The notes: generated from the letters alone by a model not told the origin. A stretch of 64,000 nucleotides of DNA from an uncultured Myxococcia bacterium (GCA_964477705.1 CAYZFJ010000001.1:11380-75379), one strand, 5' to 3'. Shown: positions 19,113-33,021, counted from the stretch's first letter. A program made the numbers and translations.

Positions 19113-22100
19113 TTAACCGTTGGCTGCAGCTATATCCCGCGTTGACTCACCGTTTCGGTGATCATTAGATTTCCGCTGGGTCTCTCCGGTTGCGGGAGGT
19201 GTGACCACCATCCTCAGCTTCTTATATTTGGCCAACCCGGTTCCTGCCGGAATCAGACGGACCATGATAACATTTTCTTTTAGCCCACGCAGGAGATCAA
19301 ATTTGCCCGATACAGCCGCATCGGTCAATACCTTGGTGGTCTCCTGGAATGAAGCACCCGAGATGAATGATTCGGTTGACAAGCTTGCCTTGGTGATACC
19401 AAGCAGCAGCGGCTCTCCGATTGCGGGTTGGCCGCCATTTGCCAGCACCTTGGCATTCTCAGTCTCGAATTTCCACTTCTCTACCTGCTCATCAATGAGA
19501 AACTCGGTATCACCCACATCCTTGATCTTTACCCGACGGAGCATCTGACGAACGATAATCTCAATATGCTTGTCGTTGATCTTGACGCCCTGCAAGCGGT
19601 AAACCTCCTGCACCTCGTCAACCAGATACTTGGCCAGTTCTTTCTCGCCAAGGACCTTCAGGATGTCGTGGGGATTAGAGGAACCGTCCATGAGCGGTTC
19701 ACCGGCCTGAACTCGGTCACCATCGTGCACGGTCAAGTGCTTTCCCTTAGCGATGAGGTATTCTTTAGCCTCACCCACTTCAGGAGTAATGACCACCTTC
19801 CTCTTACCCTTGGTGTCCTTGCCATAGGAGACCACACCGTCGATCTCAGAAATGACTGCGTGCTCCTTGGGCTTCCTCGCTTCGAAGAGCTCAGCGACCC
19901 TGGGAAGACCACCGGTGATGTCCTTGGTTTTGGTGGTTTCCCTGGGGATCTTTGCGATGATGTGACCAGGCTGAACCTCGTCGCCGTCACTCACAAACAA
20001 GTGGGCGTGGACCGGGAGCTGGTAGCGGGCATCTGCTCCTGCTCCAGCATCCTTGGAGCCCCTCTTCCCCTTCTCCTTGGTGACAATGATTGCCGGCCGG
20101 AGGTTGGGGTCTTTCGACTCGGAGATGACGTTACGGCTCAGGCCGGTAACTTCGTCAACCTGCTCACTCATGGTGAGCCCTTCGGTAATATCCTCAAACC
20201 TGACAATACCGCCTGTCTCCGTGATAATGGGCATGGCAAAGGGGTCCCACTCAGCCAGGGTCTGGCCGGGAGTCACCTTGGTATCTTCAGGAATCAGCAA
20301 ACGTGAACCGTAGGTCAGGGTGTACCTTTCCCGCTCTCGGCCACTGTCATCCTTCACAACCAACTCGGCATTCCGGTTGAGGACGATCAAGGTGCCATCA
20401 GGTCGTGCAACCGAGCTGAGATTCTGGAACTTGACGGTTCCTTCAGTGCGGGTTTCAAGTGTGGATTGCTCCGCCCGCCGGCTCGCCGTACCACCGATGT
20501 GGAAAGTACGCATGGTGAGCTGGGTTCCGGGTTCTCCGATTGACTGGGCAGCAATAACGCCCACAGCCTCACCCACATTGACCATCCGTCCCCGTGCCAG
20601 GTCACGGCCGTAACACTGTACGCAAACCCCATGGGCAGCCTGGCATGTGAGCACGGACCTGATCTTCAGGCGGTCAATACCTTCTTCCACAATTTTGGCC
20701 ACCTTGCTCTCGGTGATTTCTTCATTGGCCTGCACAATGACTGAACCGTCAGCAGCCTCAATGTCATCAATAGCAACCCTGCCGAGCACACGCTCTGACA
20801 TGGGCTGAATGATCTCACCACCTTCGATCAGGTTGCCAATCTCGATTCCGTCCAACGTTCCACAGTTCTGTTCGGTGACGATACAGTCCTGAGCAACGTC
20901 CACCAATCTTCTGGTAAGGTAACCGGAGTTGGCAGTTTTCAAGGCAGTATCAGCCAAACCCTTACGGGCACCGTGAGTGGAGACGAAGTACTGGAGGACG
21001 CTCAACCCTTCACGGAAATTGGCCACAATTGGTGTTTCAATAATTTCACCGGATGGTTTGGCCATCAGACCACGCATACCGGCAAGCTGCCTCATCTGCT
21101 GGGCTGAACCTCTTGAGCCGGAGTCCGCCATGATGTAAATGGAGTTGAAAGAAGGACCACTGCGGGTAACCGTCTGTCCAGATCCATCCTCGCCGGTGTA
21201 CTCGCTGGTTCCGATAACACGCATCATCTCAGCGGCGATGTCTTCTGTGGCCTGAGCCCAGATGTCAACGACCTTGTTGTATCGCTCACCCTGGGTGATG
21301 ATACCCTCTGAGTACTGATCTTCAATTTCCCGAACCACGTCAATGGCTCGGTTTACAATAACAGGCTTCTGGTCTGGTATAACCATGTCGTCGATACAGA
21401 TAGAGATACCCGCTTTGGTGGCATATTCATAACCGAGGGTTCTCAGTCGGTCTGCCAGGATTACAGTCTCTTTCTCTCCGCATCGCCGGTAGGCATTGTC
21501 GATCAGGTCTGCCAGGGCTTTCTTGTCCTGCACCTTGTTGATCTGGGTAAAATCAAGGGCCTTGTTGCCTGTTTTTTCTTCGTAGGGGATGATTTCCCAC
21601 AGCAGAATACGTCCCACTGTGGTAGTTTCCATCTTCCCGTCCATACGAACTTTGATCCGAGCCTGCAGGTGTACCTGACCGGCATCATAGGCGATCCGCA
21701 CTTCATCAGGATTTGCAAACACACCACCGATGGTCCTGCCCTGTTCATCCTCCTTGAACTCACCAAAGGCGAAAGGACGTTCCCTAGTCAGATAGTAGCA
21801 ACCGAGAACCATATCCTGGCTGGGAATGATGATCGGCTTACCGAAGGCAGGGCTGAGGATGTTGTTGGTGCTCATCATGAGCACCCTGGCTTCCATCTGG
21901 GCCTCAATGGATAGAGGCACGTGTACCGCCATCTGGTCGCCGTCGAAGTCAGCGTTGAATGCGGCGCACACCAGGGGGTGCAACTGGATGGCCTTACCCT
22001 CAATCAGAACAGGCTCGAAGGCCTGAATGCCAAGCCTGTGCAGGGTAGGGGCCCTGTTGAGCATAACAGGGTGTTCCCTGATAACCTCTTCCAGGATATC

Positions 22101-23339
22101 CCATACCTCGGACTTCTCTTTTTCCACCATCTTCTTGGCACTCTTGATGGTGGTTACATAGCCTTTCTCTTCAAGCTTGTTGTAGATGAAAGGCTTGAAC
22201 AGCTCCAAGGCCATCTTCTTGGGAAGCCCGCACTGATGCAGTCTCAGGGTAGGGCCGACCACGATGACCGATCGGCCTGAGTAGTCGACTCGCTTTCCGA
22301 GCAGGTTCTGACGGAAACGACCCTGTTTGCCCTTGAGCATATCGCTGAGGCTCTTAAGAGGTCGCTTGTTGGGGCCGGTGATGGTCTTGCCTCTCCGCCC
22401 ATTGTCCAGTAGGGCATCTACTGCCTCCTGGAGCATCCGCTTTTCGTTGCGGATGATGATCTCAGGTGCGTTCAGCTCTTGAAGTCTTTTCAGCCGGTTG
22501 TTTCGGTTGATAACTCTCCGATAGAGATCATTGAGATCGGATGTGGCAAAACGCCCGCCATCCAGGGGGACCAAAGGACGCAAATCCGGTGGAATAACCG
22601 GAATCCGTTCCATGATCATCCACTCTGGCTTGTTGTTGGAGTCCCTGAAGGCCTCCACCACCTTGAGGCGCTTCGACAGCTTCTTGCGCTTGGCCTCGCT
22701 GGTGGCCTCACGCATCTCCTGACGAAGCTCGTTTGCTAGTGCCTCAATGTCCAGGTCTTTGAGCATGTCGCGAATGGCTTCCGCACCCATGGTGGCTTTG
22801 AAAGCGTCGTATCCGAGATCATCGACCAGCTTCTGGTACCGCTCTTCGGACAAGACCTCACCCTTGCGCAGGCCAGTCAGCTTCTCATCGCCAGGATCCT
22901 GGACCATGTAGGCTACACAATACAGGACCCGCTCGACCTCTTTCAGGGTGATGTCAAGCATGTTACCGATTCGGCTTGGCAGGGATTTCAGGAACCATAT
23001 ATGGGCAACGGGTGTTGCAAGGTCGATGTGACCAAGCCTTTCACGCCGTACTTTCGATTGGATAACCTCGACGCCGCACTTTTCGCAGACAACGCCACGG
23101 TGCTTCATGCGCTTGTATTTGCCGCAGTTGCACTCGTAGTCCTTAACGGGACCGAAGATCTTAGCGCAGAATAGACCATCTCTCTCCGGCTTGAATGTCC
23201 GGTAGTTGATGGTCTCAGGCTTCTTCACTTCGCCGTGGGACCACTCTTCGATCTTCTCTGGTGATGCCAGAGAAATCCTCATTGCGCTAAATGACAATGG
23301 ATCTTTGGGCTTTTCGAAGAAACTAAGGATATCTTTCAT
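19113..23339 (-). CDS. rpoC: DNA-directed RNA polymerase subunit beta'
   Basis: 1408 aa; NADFDGD catalytic motif, Zn-binding Cys clusters, full-length collinear. Confidence 0.95.
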   Translation of the reverse strand: MKDILSFFEKPKDPLSFSAMRISLASPEKIEEWSHGEVKKPETINYRTFKPERDGLFCAKIFGPVKDYECNCGKYKRMKHRGVVCEKCGVEVIQSKVRRERLGHIDLATPVAHIWFLKSLPSRIGNMLDITLKEVERVLYCVAYMVQDPGDEKLTGLRKGEVLSEERYQKLVDDLGYDAFKATMGAEAIRDMLKDLDIEALANELRQEMREATSEAKRKKLSKRLKVVEAFRDSNNKPEWMIMERIPVIPPDLRPLVPLDGGRFATSDLNDLYRRVINRNNRLKRLQELNAPEIIIRNEKRMLQEAVDALLDNGRRGKTITGPNKRPLKSLSDMLKGKQGRFRQNLLGKRVDYSGRSVIVVGPTLRLHQCGLPKKMALELFKPFIYNKLEEKGYVTTIKSAKKMVEKEKSEVWDILEEVIREHPVMLNRAPTLHRLGIQAFEPVLIEGKAIQLHPLVCAAFNADFDGDQMAVHVPLSIEAQMEARVLMMSTNNILSPAFGKPIIIPSQDMVLGCYYLTRERPFAFGEFKEDEQGRTIGGVFANPDEVRIAYDAGQVHLQARIKVRMDGKMETTTVGRILLWEIIPYEEKTGNKALDFTQINKVQDKKALADLIDNAYRRCGEKETVILADRLRTLGYEYATKAGISICIDDMVIPDQKPVIVNRAIDVVREIEDQYSEGIITQGERYNKVVDIWAQATEDIAAEMMRVIGTSEYTGEDGSGQTVTRSGPSFNSIYIMADSGSRGSAQQMRQLAGMRGLMAKPSGEIIETPIVANFREGLSVLQYFVSTHGARKGLADTALKTANSGYLTRRLVDVAQDCIVTEQNCGTLDGIEIGNLIEGGEIIQPMSERVLGRVAIDDIEAADGSVIVQANEEITESKVAKIVEEGIDRLKIRSVLTCQAAHGVCVQCYGRDLARGRMVNVGEAVGVIAAQSIGEPGTQLTMRTFHIGGTASRRAEQSTLETRTEGTVKFQNLSSVARPDGTLIVLNRNAELVVKDDSGRERERYTLTYGSRLLIPEDTKVTPGQTLAEWDPFAMPIITETGGIVRFEDITEGLTMSEQVDEVTGLSRNVISESKDPNLRPAIIVTKEKGKRGSKDAGAGADARYQLPVHAHLFVSDGDEVQPGHIIAKIPRETTKTKDITGGLPRVAELFEARKPKEHAVISEIDGVVSYGKDTKGKRKVVITPEVGEAKEYLIAKGKHLTVHDGDRVQAGEPLMDGSSNPHDILKVLGEKELAKYLVDEVQEVYRLQGVKINDKHIEIIVRQMLRRVKIKDVGDTEFLIDEQVEKWKFETENAKVLANGGQPAIGEPLLLGITKASLSTESFISGASFQETTKVLTDAAVSGKFDLLRGLKENVIMVRLIPAGTGLAKYKKLRMVVTPPATGETQRKSNDHRNGESTRDIAAANG

Positions 23340-23601
23340 GCCGCCTCCCGGGAATTATATATTATTCCCGTGTAGGATTACTTATTGCCGACAAAGTCAG
23401 TCCAGAAGGAGGGCTCTGTGGGACTTTAGATGGAAAACATGACAGATTGGAGTGGGCTGCCGGCAACAAACAACTGAGATAATCGCAATGCCAATAGTAT
23501 TAGCTAAGCAAGAGCAACCACAACAGCATCGACAACGAGATGAATCAGATTAAGGACCAGTGCAATTGTCTGTTGCGGGCAGCCTTTCTCCGTATATTCT
23601 A

Positions 23602-26600
23602 TCAGTTGGCCCCGGCTCCTGCCGCAGCCACAGCTTCCCTTCCAGTATTCTGCCCGACGGTTTCAGCCGAAGACTTATCTGTCTTGAGCAAGCTTTCGGC
23701 TTCTTCTGTCTCCAGCAGTTCCACATCAAGAGCCAGGCTTTGCAGCTCTTTCAGCAGAACATTGAAGGACTCGGGCAGGCCACTCTCAAGGGTATTTTCG
23801 CCCTTGACGATGGCTTCGTACATTCGGGTACGACCGGAAACATCATCAGATTTAACGGTCAGGAACTCCTGGAGAGCATAGGCAGCGCCATAGGCTTCCA
23901 GCGCCCACACTTCCATTTCACCAAGCCTCTGACCACCAAACTGGGCCTTGCCACCAAGGGGCTGCTGGGTGACCAGGCTGTATGGACCGATGCTCCTGGC
24001 GTGAATCTTGTCGTCAACCAGATGGTGCAGTTTGAGCATGTAAGCAATGCCAACCGTCACCTTGTTGTGGAATGCCTCACCTGTGCGGCCATCATACAAG
24101 GTGGTCTGACCGCTTCTGGGAAGCCCGGCAAGTTCCAACATGTCCTTGATCTCGTCTTCGCTGGCTCCATCGAAAACTGGTGTAGCCAGGAAAACTCCCT
24201 TTTGCAGCTTGTGCGCCAGAGTGTGCAAGTCATCGTCAGAGAGACTATCAACCATCTTGGCCAATTCGTTGCCGTTGTAGATGGACTTGATCTTCTCTTT
24301 CACTGCCTGGGTTTGATTTGCCTCGATCAGTCTGCCGATCTGCTCTCCCAGGTTCAATGACGCCCATCCCAGGTGGGTCTCAAGGATCTGACCCACGTTC
24401 ATACGAGAGGGAACGCCAAGAGGATTGAGGACCAGGTCAACAGGTCTGCCGTCGGGCAGGTAAGGCATATCCTCTGAGGGCAGAATCTGGGCAATAACAC
24501 CCTTGTTTCCGTGACGTCCGGCCATCTTGTCGCCAATGGCCAGCTTGCGCTTGATGGCAACATACACCTTGACCATCTTGATCACGCCCGGAGGGAGCTC
24601 ATCACCCTTCTTAAGTTTGCTGATTTTGTCAGCAAATACCATCTTGATCTGCTGGATCTGATCCCGCATGTTCTCCAGGATCCGCTCCACCTTATCTTCG
24701 GTATCTCTCTCATCACCCAGAGTGATCTCTTCAAGGTACTTTTTCGGCAGAGAGGTGAGCGCCTCGACTGTGAGCACTTGCCCTTTGTTCAAAAGTACCT
24801 TGCCTGACTCATCAACAAGCCTGGCGGCAGTTTCTTTGCCGGTGAACAACTCAACCACTCGACGGTAGGCAGAGTCTTTGATGATCTTGATTTCGTCATT
24901 CTGATCTTTGAGGAGTTTAGCCTCCTCCAGATCCTCGATGTCCTTGGTTCTCTCGTCCTTGTCCGCCCCTTTACGGGAGAAAACCTTGGCATTTATGACG
25001 GTTCCAACAACACCAGGTGGCACTCGCAGGGAGCTATCCCTAACATCGCCAGCCTTTTCACCGAAAATGGCTCGGAGCAGCTTCTCTTCTGGGCTGAGCT
25101 GAGTCTCTCCCTTGGGAGTGATCTTGCCTACCAGGATATCGCCGCTCACCACCTCTGCGCCAATACGAATAATACCGCTCTCGTCCAGATCCTTGAGTGC
25201 CTCTTCACCAACGTTTGGGATGTCGCGGGTGATCTCTTCTTTGCCCAGTTTGGTATCCCGGGCGATGCACTCAAACTCTTCAATGTGGATTGACGTGTAA
25301 ACGTCATCCTTCACCAAGCGCTCACTGACGAGAATGGAGTCTTCATAGTTGTAACCGCCCCAGGGCATGAATGCGACTAGCACGTTCTGTCCCAGAGCCA
25401 GTTCTCCGGTATCGGTAGCAGAACCATCGGCCAGAATATCACCCTTCTTCACCCGGTCACCCCACTTCACAATGGGCTTCTGGTTGAGACAGGTGTTCTG
25501 GTTCGACCGCTGGTATTTGAGCAGGTTGTAAATGTCAGGCTTGGCGGACACCTCAATATCTTCCGCACTATCATCAACTTTAATGACGATACGGCCTGCA
25601 TCCACGCCCTCAACAACACCAGCATGCCGGGCTACAACGGTCACCCCTGAATCCCGGGCAACCGTATTCTCCATACCAGTTCCAATAAGCGGAGCAGCAG
25701 TACGGATAAGGGGCACTGCCTGACGCTGCATGTTAGAGCCCATCAGAGCTCTGTTGGCGTCGTCATTCTCCAGGAACGGAATCAGAGATGCGGCCACGCT
25801 CACAAGCTGGTTGGGTGAAACGTCCATAAGGGTGATATCAGAAGGAGGAGAGGTGATGAATTCACCTTCCTGTCTGCTTGATACCATTTCAGCAACAAAC
25901 TTGTTTTCGTCATCGAGCTGAGCATTGGCCTGGGCGATGATGTGATCCTTCTCCTCCAGAGCGGAATAGAAGCGCACTTCATCGGTGACCCGACCATCCA
26001 CAACGGTCCGGTACGGAGTCTCCACAAATCCGAAATCATTAACCCGGGCGAAAGTGGACAGGCTGGCGATAAGGCCGATGTTCGGTCCTTCAGGTGTCTC
26101 GATAGGACAAATTCGGCCATAGTGGGTGCCGTGAACGTCACGGACCTCAAAGCCCGCACGCTCTCTGGTCAAGCCTCCTGGCCCCAGGGCGCTAAGCCTT
26201 CTCTTGTGGGTGACCTCTGAGAGCGGGTTGGTCTGATCCATAAACTGGCTAAGCTGGCTGGAGCCAAAGTACTCCTTGACCACTGCGCTGACCGGTTTGG
26301 CATTAATCAGATCATGAGGCATGAGAGTCTCCAGTTCCTGTGACATGCTCATGCGTTCCTTGATGGCTCTTTCCATGCGCACCAATCCGATGCGATACTG
26401 GTTTTCCATCAATTCGCCCACCGCTCTGACCCGCCTGTTGCCCAGGTGGTCGATGTCGTCAATAACACCGTGCCCGTTTTTCAGGTCAATCAGGTACTTG
26501 ACGGATTCCATAATGTCCGTCTTGGTAAGGGTGGTCATGTCAACTGGAGGACCATGCTTCCAGCCGTTCTCCTGGAACTCTTCAAAATCCTTGGAACGCT

Positions 26601-27858
26601 TTTCATAGTTGAACTTAAAGTTCAACTTGATACGGCCCACCTTAGACAGGTCATACCGCTCTGCATTGAAGAACAGATTATTGAAGAGATTGCCGGCAGC
26701 TTCTTTGGTTGGTGGATCACCAGGGCGAAGTCTGCGATAGATCTCCTCGACAGCTTCATCGCTTGAGGTGATCTTGTCAGCCAGGAGGGTGTTCCTCAGC
26801 CAAGGACCAACATTCAAACCATCAATGAACAGAACTTTGATTTCGCCGATTTGGCGGATTCTGAGCTCAGCCAGATGGTCCTCGGTGATCTCTTCGTTGC
26901 ACTCGAGGAGAACCTCACCTGTTCCCTCGTCAATCACGTCCACAGCGCAGATGCGCCCGATAAGGCTCTCTTTGTCAACAGGAATCCGCTCCACACCGGC
27001 GGCTTTCATTTGCCTGACTACCTGCCGGGTGAACTTGCGGTTCTTTTTGACAATGACTTCGCCATTCTCAGGGCTGATAACGTCCATTGAAGCACGCTGA
27101 TTGCCGAGCAGATCATACTGAATGCTCTTCTCGAAACGTTCCCCATCCATAAGGAAGATGGTCTCGGTGTCATAGAAGTAGTTCAGCAGCTCCTCAGCAG
27201 TATAGCCAAGGGCTCGCAGCAGTACGGTGGCATGGAACTTGCGCCTGCGGTCAATGCGAACGTAGATGATGTCTTTGGGATCAAATTCAAAATCAAGCCA
27301 TGAACCACGGTAGGGAATAACCCTGCACGAGTACAACAGCTTGCCGCTTGAATGGGTCTTCCCTTTGTCGTGATCGTAGAAAACGCCGGGGCTGCGGTGT
27401 AACTGACTTACCACAACCCTCTCGGTGCCATTGATGATGAAGGTACCGTTTTCGGTCATCAGAGGAAGTTCTCCGAAATAGACCTCCTGCTCTTTAACAT
27501 CGCGCAGGTTACGGGTATTGCCTTCTACGTCAAAGACAACCAGACGGATCACCACCTTTACCGGGGCAGAATAGGTCATACCCCTCTGATGGCATTCTTC
27601 TACGTCATATTTCGGCTTATCAAGGTAGTACGATACAAATTCCAGACTGGCTGTGTCGTTGAAATCCTTGATAGGAAAGACGCTTTTGAACACTGCCTGC
27701 AGGCCGAATTCTTCACGCTTATCTGCGGGAAGATCTTTTTGCAGGAATTGCTCGTAAGATTTTTTCTGGATGTCAATGAGATTGGGAAGATCCATGATGT
27801 GGGAAATCTTACCAAAACTCTTGCGGACTCGATAATTGCTCTGAATGACGGACGTCAT
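23602..27858 (-). CDS. rpoB: DNA-directed RNA polymerase subunit beta
   Basis: 1418 aa; conserved rifampicin-cluster and catalytic regions; directly upstream of rpoC. Confidence 0.95.
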   Translation of the reverse strand: MTSVIQSNYRVRKSFGKISHIMDLPNLIDIQKKSYEQFLQKDLPADKREEFGLQAVFKSVFPIKDFNDTASLEFVSYYLDKPKYDVEECHQRGMTYSAPVKVVIRLVVFDVEGNTRNLRDVKEQEVYFGELPLMTENGTFIINGTERVVVSQLHRSPGVFYDHDKGKTHSSGKLLYSCRVIPYRGSWLDFEFDPKDIIYVRIDRRRKFHATVLLRALGYTAEELLNYFYDTETIFLMDGERFEKSIQYDLLGNQRASMDVISPENGEVIVKKNRKFTRQVVRQMKAAGVERIPVDKESLIGRICAVDVIDEGTGEVLLECNEEITEDHLAELRIRQIGEIKVLFIDGLNVGPWLRNTLLADKITSSDEAVEEIYRRLRPGDPPTKEAAGNLFNNLFFNAERYDLSKVGRIKLNFKFNYEKRSKDFEEFQENGWKHGPPVDMTTLTKTDIMESVKYLIDLKNGHGVIDDIDHLGNRRVRAVGELMENQYRIGLVRMERAIKERMSMSQELETLMPHDLINAKPVSAVVKEYFGSSQLSQFMDQTNPLSEVTHKRRLSALGPGGLTRERAGFEVRDVHGTHYGRICPIETPEGPNIGLIASLSTFARVNDFGFVETPYRTVVDGRVTDEVRFYSALEEKDHIIAQANAQLDDENKFVAEMVSSRQEGEFITSPPSDITLMDVSPNQLVSVAASLIPFLENDDANRALMGSNMQRQAVPLIRTAAPLIGTGMENTVARDSGVTVVARHAGVVEGVDAGRIVIKVDDSAEDIEVSAKPDIYNLLKYQRSNQNTCLNQKPIVKWGDRVKKGDILADGSATDTGELALGQNVLVAFMPWGGYNYEDSILVSERLVKDDVYTSIHIEEFECIARDTKLGKEEITRDIPNVGEEALKDLDESGIIRIGAEVVSGDILVGKITPKGETQLSPEEKLLRAIFGEKAGDVRDSSLRVPPGVVGTVINAKVFSRKGADKDERTKDIEDLEEAKLLKDQNDEIKIIKDSAYRRVVELFTGKETAARLVDESGKVLLNKGQVLTVEALTSLPKKYLEEITLGDERDTEDKVERILENMRDQIQQIKMVFADKISKLKKGDELPPGVIKMVKVYVAIKRKLAIGDKMAGRHGNKGVIAQILPSEDMPYLPDGRPVDLVLNPLGVPSRMNVGQILETHLGWASLNLGEQIGRLIEANQTQAVKEKIKSIYNGNELAKMVDSLSDDDLHTLAHKLQKGVFLATPVFDGASEDEIKDMLELAGLPRSGQTTLYDGRTGEAFHNKVTVGIAYMLKLHHLVDDKIHARSIGPYSLVTQQPLGGKAQFGGQRLGEMEVWALEAYGAAYALQEFLTVKSDDVSGRTRMYEAIVKGENTLESGLPESFNVLLKELQSLALDVELLETEEAESLLKTDKSSAETVGQNTGREAVAAAGAGAN

Positions 27859-27968
27859 CGTCCCTCCTCAGCCGGGATCCAAATACGTCAATAGGGGCTG
27901 CAAAGGGCCGGCCAACGCTCCTCTGCAGCCCCATGACCATTAAACACAAAAAAAAGCTAATTTGTGTC

Positions 27969-28352
27969 TTACTTTACTTCTACTTGGGCCCCTGCTGCTT
28001 CCAGCTTGGCTTTAATATCATTGGCTTCGTCTTTGGACACGCCTTCCTTAACGGCACTGGGTGCCCCTTCAACCAGCTCCTTGGCCTCTTTCAGACCAAG
28101 GCTGGTGATGGCCCGGATTTCTTTAATGACATTGATCTTGTTGTCACCGAAGGACTTAAGGATAACGTCAAATTCGGTCTTCTCTTCGACTGCTGCTGCT
28201 TCAGTAGCGGCGCCACCGGCGAATCCACCCATGACGATAGGAGCGGCGGCGGTTACGCCCCACTTCTCTTCAAGATCCTTCTTCAGCTCGGACAACTCAA
28301 GCACGGTCATTCCACTCAGGTGCTCAATCAACTGCTCTTTAGTAATTTCCAT
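27969..28352 (-). CDS. rplL: 50S ribosomal protein bL12 (L7/L12)
   Basis: [33 protein letters not shown]...; start at ATG (ORF track extends to upstream TTG). Confidence 0.9.
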   Translation of the reverse strand: MEITKEQLIEHLSGMTVLELSELKKDLEEKWGVTAAAPIVMGGFAGGAATEAAAVEEKTEFDVILKSFGDNKINVIKEIRAITSLGLKEAKELVEGAPSAVKEGVSKDEANDIKAKLEAAGAQVEVK

Positions 28353-28413
28353 TTCAATAAACTCCTGATTCCCCTGCCCGATCAACGTCGGGTATTTAAC
28401 TAATCATCAACGA

Positions 28414-28938
28414 TCATTCCGCCAGTTGTTTTTCTCTGGCATCAAGAACTCCAACAAAATCCCTGGGAACAGCGGAAAGGATTCCGACCAGTCCCTGAGG
28501 AACTGCAACCAATGCTGCTAGCACTGTGGCACGCAATTCATCACGGGTTGGCATTGATGCCAATGCTGTGACTGCCTGCACATTTAGAAGTTTCCCTTCA
28601 AGAGCACCGCCCTTGATTTCGAGCTTTTCGTTTTTCTTAACGAAATCTCTGAGAACCTTGGCAGATGTGACAGGTTCGCCTGCCGTGTATGCTATGGCAG
28701 TAGGTCCTTCGAATAAGCTGGCTAGCTTCTCGAATTTGGTACCTTCCAGAGCACGCTTTGCAAGGGTGTTCTTGACGACCTTGTAGCGGACGCCTTCTTT
28801 GTGGAATTCCTGACGCAGCTGCCTTAGTTCCTCAACGCCGAGGCCACGGAAACCAGTCAGAAAAGCCACCTGCGCATTTTTGAGATCCTCATTTAGCGCA
28901 GTAATTAATTGTTCCTTGTCTGTACGATTCAACTGCAA
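28414..28938 (-). CDS. rplJ: 50S ribosomal protein uL10
   Basis: 174 aa, collinear with L10; position between rplA and rplL. Confidence 0.9.
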   Translation of the reverse strand: MQLNRTDKEQLITALNEDLKNAQVAFLTGFRGLGVEELRQLRQEFHKEGVRYKVVKNTLAKRALEGTKFEKLASLFEGPTAIAYTAGEPVTSAKVLRDFVKKNEKLEIKGGALEGKLLNVQAVTALASMPTRDELRATVLAALVAVPQGLVGILSAVPRDFVGVLDAREKQLAE

Positions 28939-29116
28939 TCACCCCCTTTCGGGTGAGAGACCGTTCATGCAGGGGGGCACCAGGAACGAAATCAGCCCCG
29001 CCTCGGCAGGTAGTACGCCCCGGAGCGAACTATTATACTCTTCAGTACCTGCTGTCTTAAGCGATCTCAGGGTCTATAGGGCACAAAACACCGGGTATCA
29101 ATCACCTTTCAAACCA
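28939..29116 (-). promoter_or_regulatory. Putative rplJ (L10) leader region
   Basis: 178-nt untranslated spacer between rplA and rplJ, GC-rich with stem-forming segments; position homologous to the L10 autoregulatory leader. Confidence 0.3.
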
Positions 29117-29824
29117 TCAGCGCAGTGCGTTAGTCACTGCCTGAGGGTCCAACCGGATGCCAGGACTCATGGTGGTTGCAAGGCAGATACTCTTCAAGTA
29201 TGTACCTTTGCTGGTGGATGGCTTCATTTTAAGAAGTGTCTCCACCAGGGCCATCACGTTCTCCATAATCTGGCTGTGTTCAAAGGAGATTTTTCCGACA
29301 GGAGCGTGGATGATACCGGTCTTGTCAACTTTGAATTCAATCCGGCCGCCTTTCAGTTCGTTGACAGCCTTGGCGACTTCAAAAGTGACAGTACCTACCT
29401 TTGGGTTTGGCATCAAACCACGGGGACCGAGGATACGGCCAATGGGACCGACCAGACCCATCATATCAGGTGTAGCGATGGCTTTGTCGAACTCGAGCCA
29501 TCCCTCATCTTTAATTTTGGCAACCAGATCAGCATCACCGACATAATCAGCTCCTGCTTCCCTGGCTTCCCGTGCCTTGTCGCCCTTGGCAAAAACAACG
29601 ATTTTTACAGTCTTGCCAGTTCCATGCGGTAGAACACAGGCACCACGTACCATCTGATCGGCTTTACGGGGATCAACACCTAGATTCACGTGAAGCTCGA
29701 CGCTCTCGTCGAACTTTGCAAATTTAACTTCTTTAAGCAGCGCCACTGCTGGGTCCAGTTCATACCTGGCATCCCTGTCGATTTTAGCTCTGGCTGCCGC
29801 ATATTTCTTGCCCTGAGTTGCCAT
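29117..29824 (-). CDS. rplA: 50S ribosomal protein uL1
   Basis: 235 aa, full-length L1. Confidence 0.9.
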   Translation of the reverse strand: MATQGKKYAAARAKIDRDARYELDPAVALLKEVKFAKFDESVELHVNLGVDPRKADQMVRGACVLPHGTGKTVKIVVFAKGDKAREAREAGADYVGDADLVAKIKDEGWLEFDKAIATPDMMGLVGPIGRILGPRGLMPNPKVGTVTFEVAKAVNELKGGRIEFKVDKTGIIHAPVGKISFEHSQIMENVMALVETLLKMKPSTSKGTYLKSICLATTMSPGIRLDPQAVTNALR

Positions 29825-29834
29825 CTTTTAAACC

Positions 29835-30260
29835 TCAATCGCGGATTTCGATACCCATGCTGCGGGCAGTACCGGCGATAATGTTGTATGCTGTTTCCGG
29901 ATCATATGCGTTCAGATCTGGCGCCTTGGTTTTGGCGATTTCCTTGATCTGTGCAGTTGTCACACGTCCCACCTTGTTCCTGTTGGGGACGCCGGACCCT
30001 TTATTCACGCCAGCGGCCTTTTTGATAAGGTCAGATGCGGGTGGGGTCTTGGTGACAAATGTGAAGGAACGGTCAGCAAAGATGGTTATCACTGCTGGAA
30101 TGATCATTCCAGCTTGATCCTTAGTCCTCTCATTAAAGGACTTGCAGAATTCCATGATGTTTACGCCATGCTGGCCCAGTGCGGGACCTACCGGTGGAGA
30201 AGGGTTTGCCTTCCCGGCCGGGAGCTGCAGCTTGACGTAACCGACTACTTTCTTAGCCAT
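29835..30260 (-). CDS. rplK: 50S ribosomal protein uL11
   Basis: [29 protein letters not shown] conserved N-terminus; start at internal ATG 30260. Confidence 0.9.
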   Translation of the reverse strand: MAKKVVGYVKLQLPAGKANPSPPVGPALGQHGVNIMEFCKSFNERTKDQAGMIIPAVITIFADRSFTFVTKTPPASDLIKKAAGVNKGSGVPNRNKVGRVTTAQIKEIAKTKAPDLNAYDPETAYNIIAGTARSMGIEIRD

Positions 30261-30393
30261 TGGGGACTCCTGTAACGGAAGGCTGGCTTCCTCCCTCGGT
30301 CGCAAATTTTCCTGATTACCCTCAGTTGTATTGTTCGCCCGTTAACACCGCCAGTAGTTTAGGACTGGGAGAACAGGAGGGTTCCAGGTGCTC

Positions 30394-30930
30394 CTATTCC
30401 TGGAGCTTTTCGACCTGCGTAAAATCCAACTCGACAGGGGTAGCTCGACCGAAAATGCTGACTAACACACGCAGCTTTCCCTTGTCGGGCTTGACCTCTT
30501 CAACAATACCATTGAAGTTTGAGAATGGTCCGTCAACGACTCGAACATTCTCTCCCTCTTCGAATGCATGTTTTGGTTTGGGTCGCAAAGTGCCTTCGGC
30601 AATTTCCTGGGTCAGCCGTAGCACTTCCTCATCGGGAACTGCAGGCGGGTTGGTGGTTCCGCCCACAAATCCTGTAATCTTTGGAGTGGATTTGACCAGA
30701 TGCCAGGTTGTCTCATCCAGCTCCATCTTAACCAGCATATATCCTGGAAAAAATTTCCTGGTTGAGGTGCGCTTGCGACCTTTGACCATCTCTACAACAG
30801 GCTCTGTAGGAATGAGGATCTCCTCAAACTTGTCTTCGAGGCCGGCAGACTTTACCCTCTCTATAAGAGAAGTCTTGGCCCGATTCTCATAACCCGAGTA
30901 GGTGTGTACCACATACCATTTCTTAGCCAT
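30394..30930 (-). CDS. nusG: Transcription termination/antitermination factor NusG
   Basis: MAKKWYVVHTYSGYENR... NGN + KOW domains; start at ATG 30930. Confidence 0.9.
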   Translation of the reverse strand: MAKKWYVVHTYSGYENRAKTSLIERVKSAGLEDKFEEILIPTEPVVEMVKGRKRTSTRKFFPGYMLVKMELDETTWHLVKSTPKITGFVGGTTNPPAVPDEEVLRLTQEIAEGTLRPKPKHAFEEGENVRVVDGPFSNFNGIVEEVKPDKGKLRVLVSIFGRATPVELDFTQVEKLQE

Positions 30931-30943
30931 TGAGATATTTCTT

Positions 30944-31318
30944 TCAGGTGTAAATGACACCTGTCAACTTGGACCATACGGCATCGAACAAGAACAGGAT
31001 CAACGAAATTATCACCGTCAGAATGATCACAACGATGGTGGCTGCCCTGGTATCCTTCCAATTCGGCCAAGTGACCTTCTTTAACTCGTTGGCAACTTCC
31101 GTGGCCAGAGTCCGGAGCTTTTCGTTCCGATAGCACAGGAAGCCGATAACACCGGCGACGAGCCAGGATAAGAGGCCAATCAGGGAGATTCCGCCGAGCA
31201 GTTGTGGATCCGGAATCCTGATCAAACCTGCCAACGCACCAAATAGCTTGGTAGTAACCACTGCCAACAGCAGTGTTAATACCAAGAACCCTATTGATAC
31301 CCAGCGGCCAACGCCCAT
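30944..31318 (-). CDS. secE: Preprotein translocase subunit SecE (multi-TM form)
   Basis: 124 aa, three TM helices, C-terminal conserved SecE segment; canonical position before nusG. Confidence 0.8.
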   Translation of the reverse strand: MGVGRWVSIGFLVLTLLLAVVTTKLFGALAGLIRIPDPQLLGGISLIGLLSWLVAGVIGFLCYRNEKLRTLATEVANELKKVTWPNWKDTRAATIVVIILTVIISLILFLFDAVWSKLTGVIYT

Positions 31319-31352
31319 GCTATAACTCCTTAACCTGAGAGCCAGAATAAGC

Positions 31353-31425
31353 AGGCCAGGGAGGATTCGAACCTCCAGCCCTCGGATTTGGAGTCCGATG
31401 CTCTACCGTTAGAGCTACTGGCCCA
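31353..31425 (-). tRNA. tRNA-Trp (anticodon CCA)
   Basis: GGGCCAGTAGCTCTAACGGTAGAGCATCGGACTCCAAATCCGAG...GGTTCGAATCC cloverleaf; anticodon loop CT-CCA-AA. Confidence 0.85.
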
Positions 31426-31515
31426 AAAACCGGGTCCCCACTCTAATGAAGACCCGGTTAATGTTTTTCACACTTTTAATCAATCACTGGAATCAGATTC
31501 CAGCGTATTCGATTA

Positions 31516-31674
31516 TCAGACCTTAACCTCTTTGTGCTCTTGGTGGCAGCGACAATTAGGACAGAACTTTTTGAGGACCAGTTTGTCTGGGGTGCTCTTC
31601 TTGTTCTTGTCCGTTGTGTAATTGCGATGCTTGCACACGGTGCACTCAAGGCCGATTAGTACTCGGTTTCCCAT
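31516..31674 (-). CDS. rpmG: 50S ribosomal protein bL33 - not in ORF track
   Basis: Translates to [52 protein letters not shown] (C-x2-C...C-x2-C zinc ribbon). Confidence 0.8.
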   Translation of the reverse strand: MGNRVLIGLECTVCKHRNYTTDKNKKSTPDKLVLKKFCPNCRCHQEHKEVKV

Positions 31675-31685
31675 TATTGCCTCGC

Positions 31686-32882
31686 TCAGTCCGGGAGGAT
31701 TGCGGTAACAACCCCGGCACCGACTGTACGGCCGCCTTCACGAATTGCGAACCTGAGCTGCTCTTCCATGGCGATGGGGTTGATCAGGTTAATAGTAACC
31801 TCAACGCTGTCGCCAGGCATAACCATCTGAACATCATCAGGCAGGGTCACAATACCGGTGACGTCTGTAGTTCTGAAGTAGAACTGGGGACGATAACCGT
31901 TCATGAATGCGGTGTGACGTCCGCCTTCTTCCTTCTTCAGGACATAAACGCTCCCCTTGAAGTTCTTGTGGGGAGTGATTGAACCGGGCTTGGCCAGAAC
32001 CTGACCACGCTCGATGTCGGTCTTCTTGATTCCACGAAGCAGACAACCGACGTTATCGCCAGCCTGGCCCTGATCGAGGAGCTTGCGGAACATCTCGACG
32101 CCGGTAACGACAGTCTTGCGGGTTTCGGTAATACCAACAACCTCAACTTCGTCGCCAACCTTGACGATGCCTCTCTCAATCCTGCCGGTAGCAACGGTGC
32201 CACGGCCAGAGATGGAGAACACATCTTCAACTGACATGAGGAAAGGCTTCTCAGTCTCACGTGCTGGATCAGGGATATAGCTGTCAACAGCGTCCATGAG
32301 CTTCAGGATTGGTGCGGCTGCGGGGTCTTTAGCATCGCCTGCTTCAAGAGCCTTTAGAGCAGAACCGGGGATGATGGGGATCTCGTCGCCGGGGTACTCG
32401 TACTTGGTGAGCAGCTCACGGAGTTCCATCTCAACCAGTTCCAGAAGCTCAGGATCGTCCAGCAGGTCTGCCTTGTTCAGGAAGACTACCATTGCAGGGA
32501 CACCAACCTGGTGAGCCAGGAGGATGTGCTCCCGGGTCTGAGGCATGGGGCCGTCTGCAGCGGAAACCACTAGAATAGCGCCGTCCATCTGAGCAGCGCC
32601 AGTGATCATGTTCTTGATGTAGTCAGCGTGGCCCGGGCAGTCGACGTGAGCATAGTGCCGTTTTTCAGTCTGATACTCGACGTGAGAGGTATTGATGGTA
32701 ACGCCTCTCTCCCTCTCTTCAGGGGCTTTGTCGATCTCGTCGAAAGACAGGAACTTTGCCTGACCCTTGCTTGCCAGAACACGGGTAATAGCAGCGGTCA
32801 ATGTTGTCTTGCCGTGGTCCACGTGGCCGATGGTACCAACGTTCACGTGGGGTTTCTCGCGCTTGAACTTTTCCTTAGCCAT
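31686..32882 (-). CDS. tuf: Elongation factor Tu
   Basis: [28 protein letters not shown]...; start at ATG 32882. Confidence 0.95.
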   Translation of the reverse strand: MAKEKFKREKPHVNVGTIGHVDHGKTTLTAAITRVLASKGQAKFLSFDEIDKAPEERERGVTINTSHVEYQTEKRHYAHVDCPGHADYIKNMITGAAQMDGAILVVSAADGPMPQTREHILLAHQVGVPAMVVFLNKADLLDDPELLELVEMELRELLTKYEYPGDEIPIIPGSALKALEAGDAKDPAAAPILKLMDAVDSYIPDPARETEKPFLMSVEDVFSISGRGTVATGRIERGIVKVGDEVEVVGITETRKTVVTGVEMFRKLLDQGQAGDNVGCLLRGIKKTDIERGQVLAKPGSITPHKNFKGSVYVLKKEEGGRHTAFMNGYRPQFYFRTTDVTGIVTLPDDVQMVMPGDSVEVTINLINPIAMEEQLRFAIREGGRTVGAGVVTAILPD

Positions 32883-32948
32883 CGCAGGACCTCCCATTGG
32901 GGTAATCAATCAACCCCGAGTTGTTTAGGTAGTTGTAAAATATGACGG

Positions 32949-33021
<73 letters not shown>

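Noticed and set aside
19428-22739. Numerous 60-290 aa plus-strand ORFs inside rpoC, and similarly inside rpoB (23560-27894)
   Set aside because: Antisense to long, well-conserved RNAP genes; typical high-GC shadow ORFs
27859-27968. Possible attenuator hairpin (cacaaa...tttgtg) between rplL and rpoB
   Set aside because: Stem only 6 bp and weak; cannot support a terminator call from sequence alone
31388-31621. 77-aa plus ORF
   Set aside because: Overlaps tRNA-Trp and the true rpmG on the opposite strand
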